DNA of 62,312 bases, counting the filler, from Piptocephalis cylindrospora (lineage: Eukaryota): assembly GCA_003614145.1 (NCBI GenBank). It is 6 parts of 6 records of this genome, joined end to end, with 100 filler letters (N's around TTAATTAATTAA, not from the genome) between each part and the next. Parts side by side here need not be neighbours in the genome. Positions count along the whole stretch, not along the records: positions 52,102 to 62,312 come from KZ988046.1; 5 more parts are not named here. One strand, written 5' to 3'. Below the pieces are notes generated by a model. The model saw only the letters and a program-made list of their open reading frames with translations, was not told the DNA's origin and did not search any database. Positions 60,982-62,312 of the stretch are shown piece by piece. The position numbers and the translations under genes are program-made. Numbering within the stretch: the stretch's first letter is position 1; every line of letters begins with the position of its first letter.

Positions 60982-62257
60982 TCACACAGTGTCTTCCGTC
61001 TTGGCTTGGGGTTTGAAATCCTTGGCAAAGGTGCGGGCAACGATGAGAGGAAATACCACCGAAGCTTCAGCGTATACCTATTTCCATGGGGGTGGAAGAT
61101 AGATGGGATATGAGATGGGATAAATGACTTGCGAGGAGGGGAGCAATGATCACCGCCCATCCCTTACCTTTACTGACTTGGCCGTCATACGGATCTTGCC
61201 CCAGGACACTGCCTCGTCAGGGCGTGCCCCACTGTCGCTCCCATCAAACTCTTGACCAGTATTGATGAACACAGCATAATCCGCTCCATTTCTCTGTCAG
61301 GTTAAAGTGGTGGTTAATTAGATCCAACAGGAAAGATCTTTCCCCTCCACTTTCACTTACCATAAGGTTAGCGTTGCAGATGTGATGCTTGATCACCCCT
61401 CCTCCAAGGATGATCATTCCAGACCGTGGAGCCTTAACGGCGAGGGTGTTGATCTTTCGGATATCCGAGGCAATGTCAACAATGAGTCCGGGATTCCGAT
61501 AGCTGTGGAAGTAGATCATATCTCCCAAAGAACCATCGGTGAGGGCAGGGCAGAAAACAGGGATGCTATTCTTGTGGCACCAATAGTAGATGGAGCTAGG
61601 ATCATCCATCTCGCGCCCCAGTCGATCAATTATGGTTGAGGGAGACCAGATGGTGCCCTGATCCTTTTGTTCCACAAGTAACTGGTCCAAGACTGGGATA
61701 ACCCAGTCCTCAAACTTGCAATAATTATCATTCGGGACCAAAAGGTTTCCGATACGATTCAGTCCTTGCTTTCGGAGCTGCTCGCCCGAAAGGGAAAAAT
61801 CTCCAAGGATCGTGGGGCCCAGGCATTTGATCAAGTCTTCTTCAACACCCCCTGCCGTCGTTACCAAGTAATCGATCATACGGTGTTCACATAGAAAGCG
61901 AATAGTCTCTCGGATCCCCGAGGACACGAGATTAGAGGTGTACCCTAGGAAGATGCGGCATCGTGTGTTGGCCCGCACTTCCGGGTCCCGAAGCTCCTCA
62001 GGTACCTCGTCGGTCAAGGGTTCATCCGATAGTCTCCAAGCTCTCATCTGGTTAATCTGATCGATGGCCTGGCCCACTGACGTAGCCTGGAAACCGGTCG
62101 TGGCGTAGGAATCCAAAAGGGCGGCCAAGTCCACACCCTGGTTAAAGTCGTACCCCCGGATGTGGACGGCATCTTTGGGCACTGGAGCCGACTGGACTAG
62201 TACGGCATCCAGGGCTTTTGATGGGGCGTTGTCTTTTTCGGTAGTCTGGTTTGACAT
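60982..62257 (-). CDS. DYS1: Deoxyhypusine synthase, 3 exons
   Basis: Motifs [53 protein letters not shown] and [38 protein letters not shown] (catalytic Lys). Stop at 60982. Confidence 0.96.
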
Positions 62258-62312
62258 GATGGGTCTTGCGGGGAGAATAAGGAGCGTAGGGAAGAGGGTG
62301 GGGCTCTAAGGT

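Noticed and set aside
12680..62257. EF-P and deoxyhypusine synthase in the same window as a possible modification system
   Set aside because: They are on different contigs, DHS here is the ordinary eIF5A enzyme, and this EF-P has Arg rather than Lys at the tip.

Overview
This is compact, intron-containing eukaryotic (fungal) genomic DNA. It is not one locus but six unrelated contigs (1-10378, 10479-20850, 20951-31279, 31380-41641, 41742-52001, 52102-62312) in descending length order, joined by artificial 100-nt spacers (N44-TTAATTAATTAA-N44). Short GT-AG introns, high gene density, the fungal housekeeping set, a retained bacterial-type EF-P and many orphan secreted proteins suggest an early-diverging fungus, possibly a Zoopagomycota mycoparasite such as Piptocephalis (inference only). 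Recognisable genes: PS decarboxylase, SYM1/Mpv17, glutamate decarboxylase, YcnI/DUF1775-like protein, RGS protein, mitochondrial EF-P-like protein, riboflavin kinase, ALB1, CSC1/OSCA channel, SREBP, alpha-arrestin, Est1/SMG7-like protein, tRNA-Val(CAC), GCR1_C transcription factor, lipoate ligase, TBC Rab-GAP, LisH-WD40, GDA1, BMT2, VPS54 and deoxyhypusine synthase. Best leads: (1) a tandem cluster of secreted proteins with D[SP]FG repeats; (2) a GPI-type, His1 YcnI copper-binding homologue; (3) an Arg-tipped mitochondrial EF-P; (4) a prepro-peptide gene ending in RR-GVGLAYAA; (5) a secreted protein with Cys repeats and N/Q-rich ends; (6) two genes each interrupted by a +1 shift at a 7-nt G/C run; (7) paired SRE-like sites upstream of the SREBP gene. 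All family calls come from motif recognition by eye, with no database searches.
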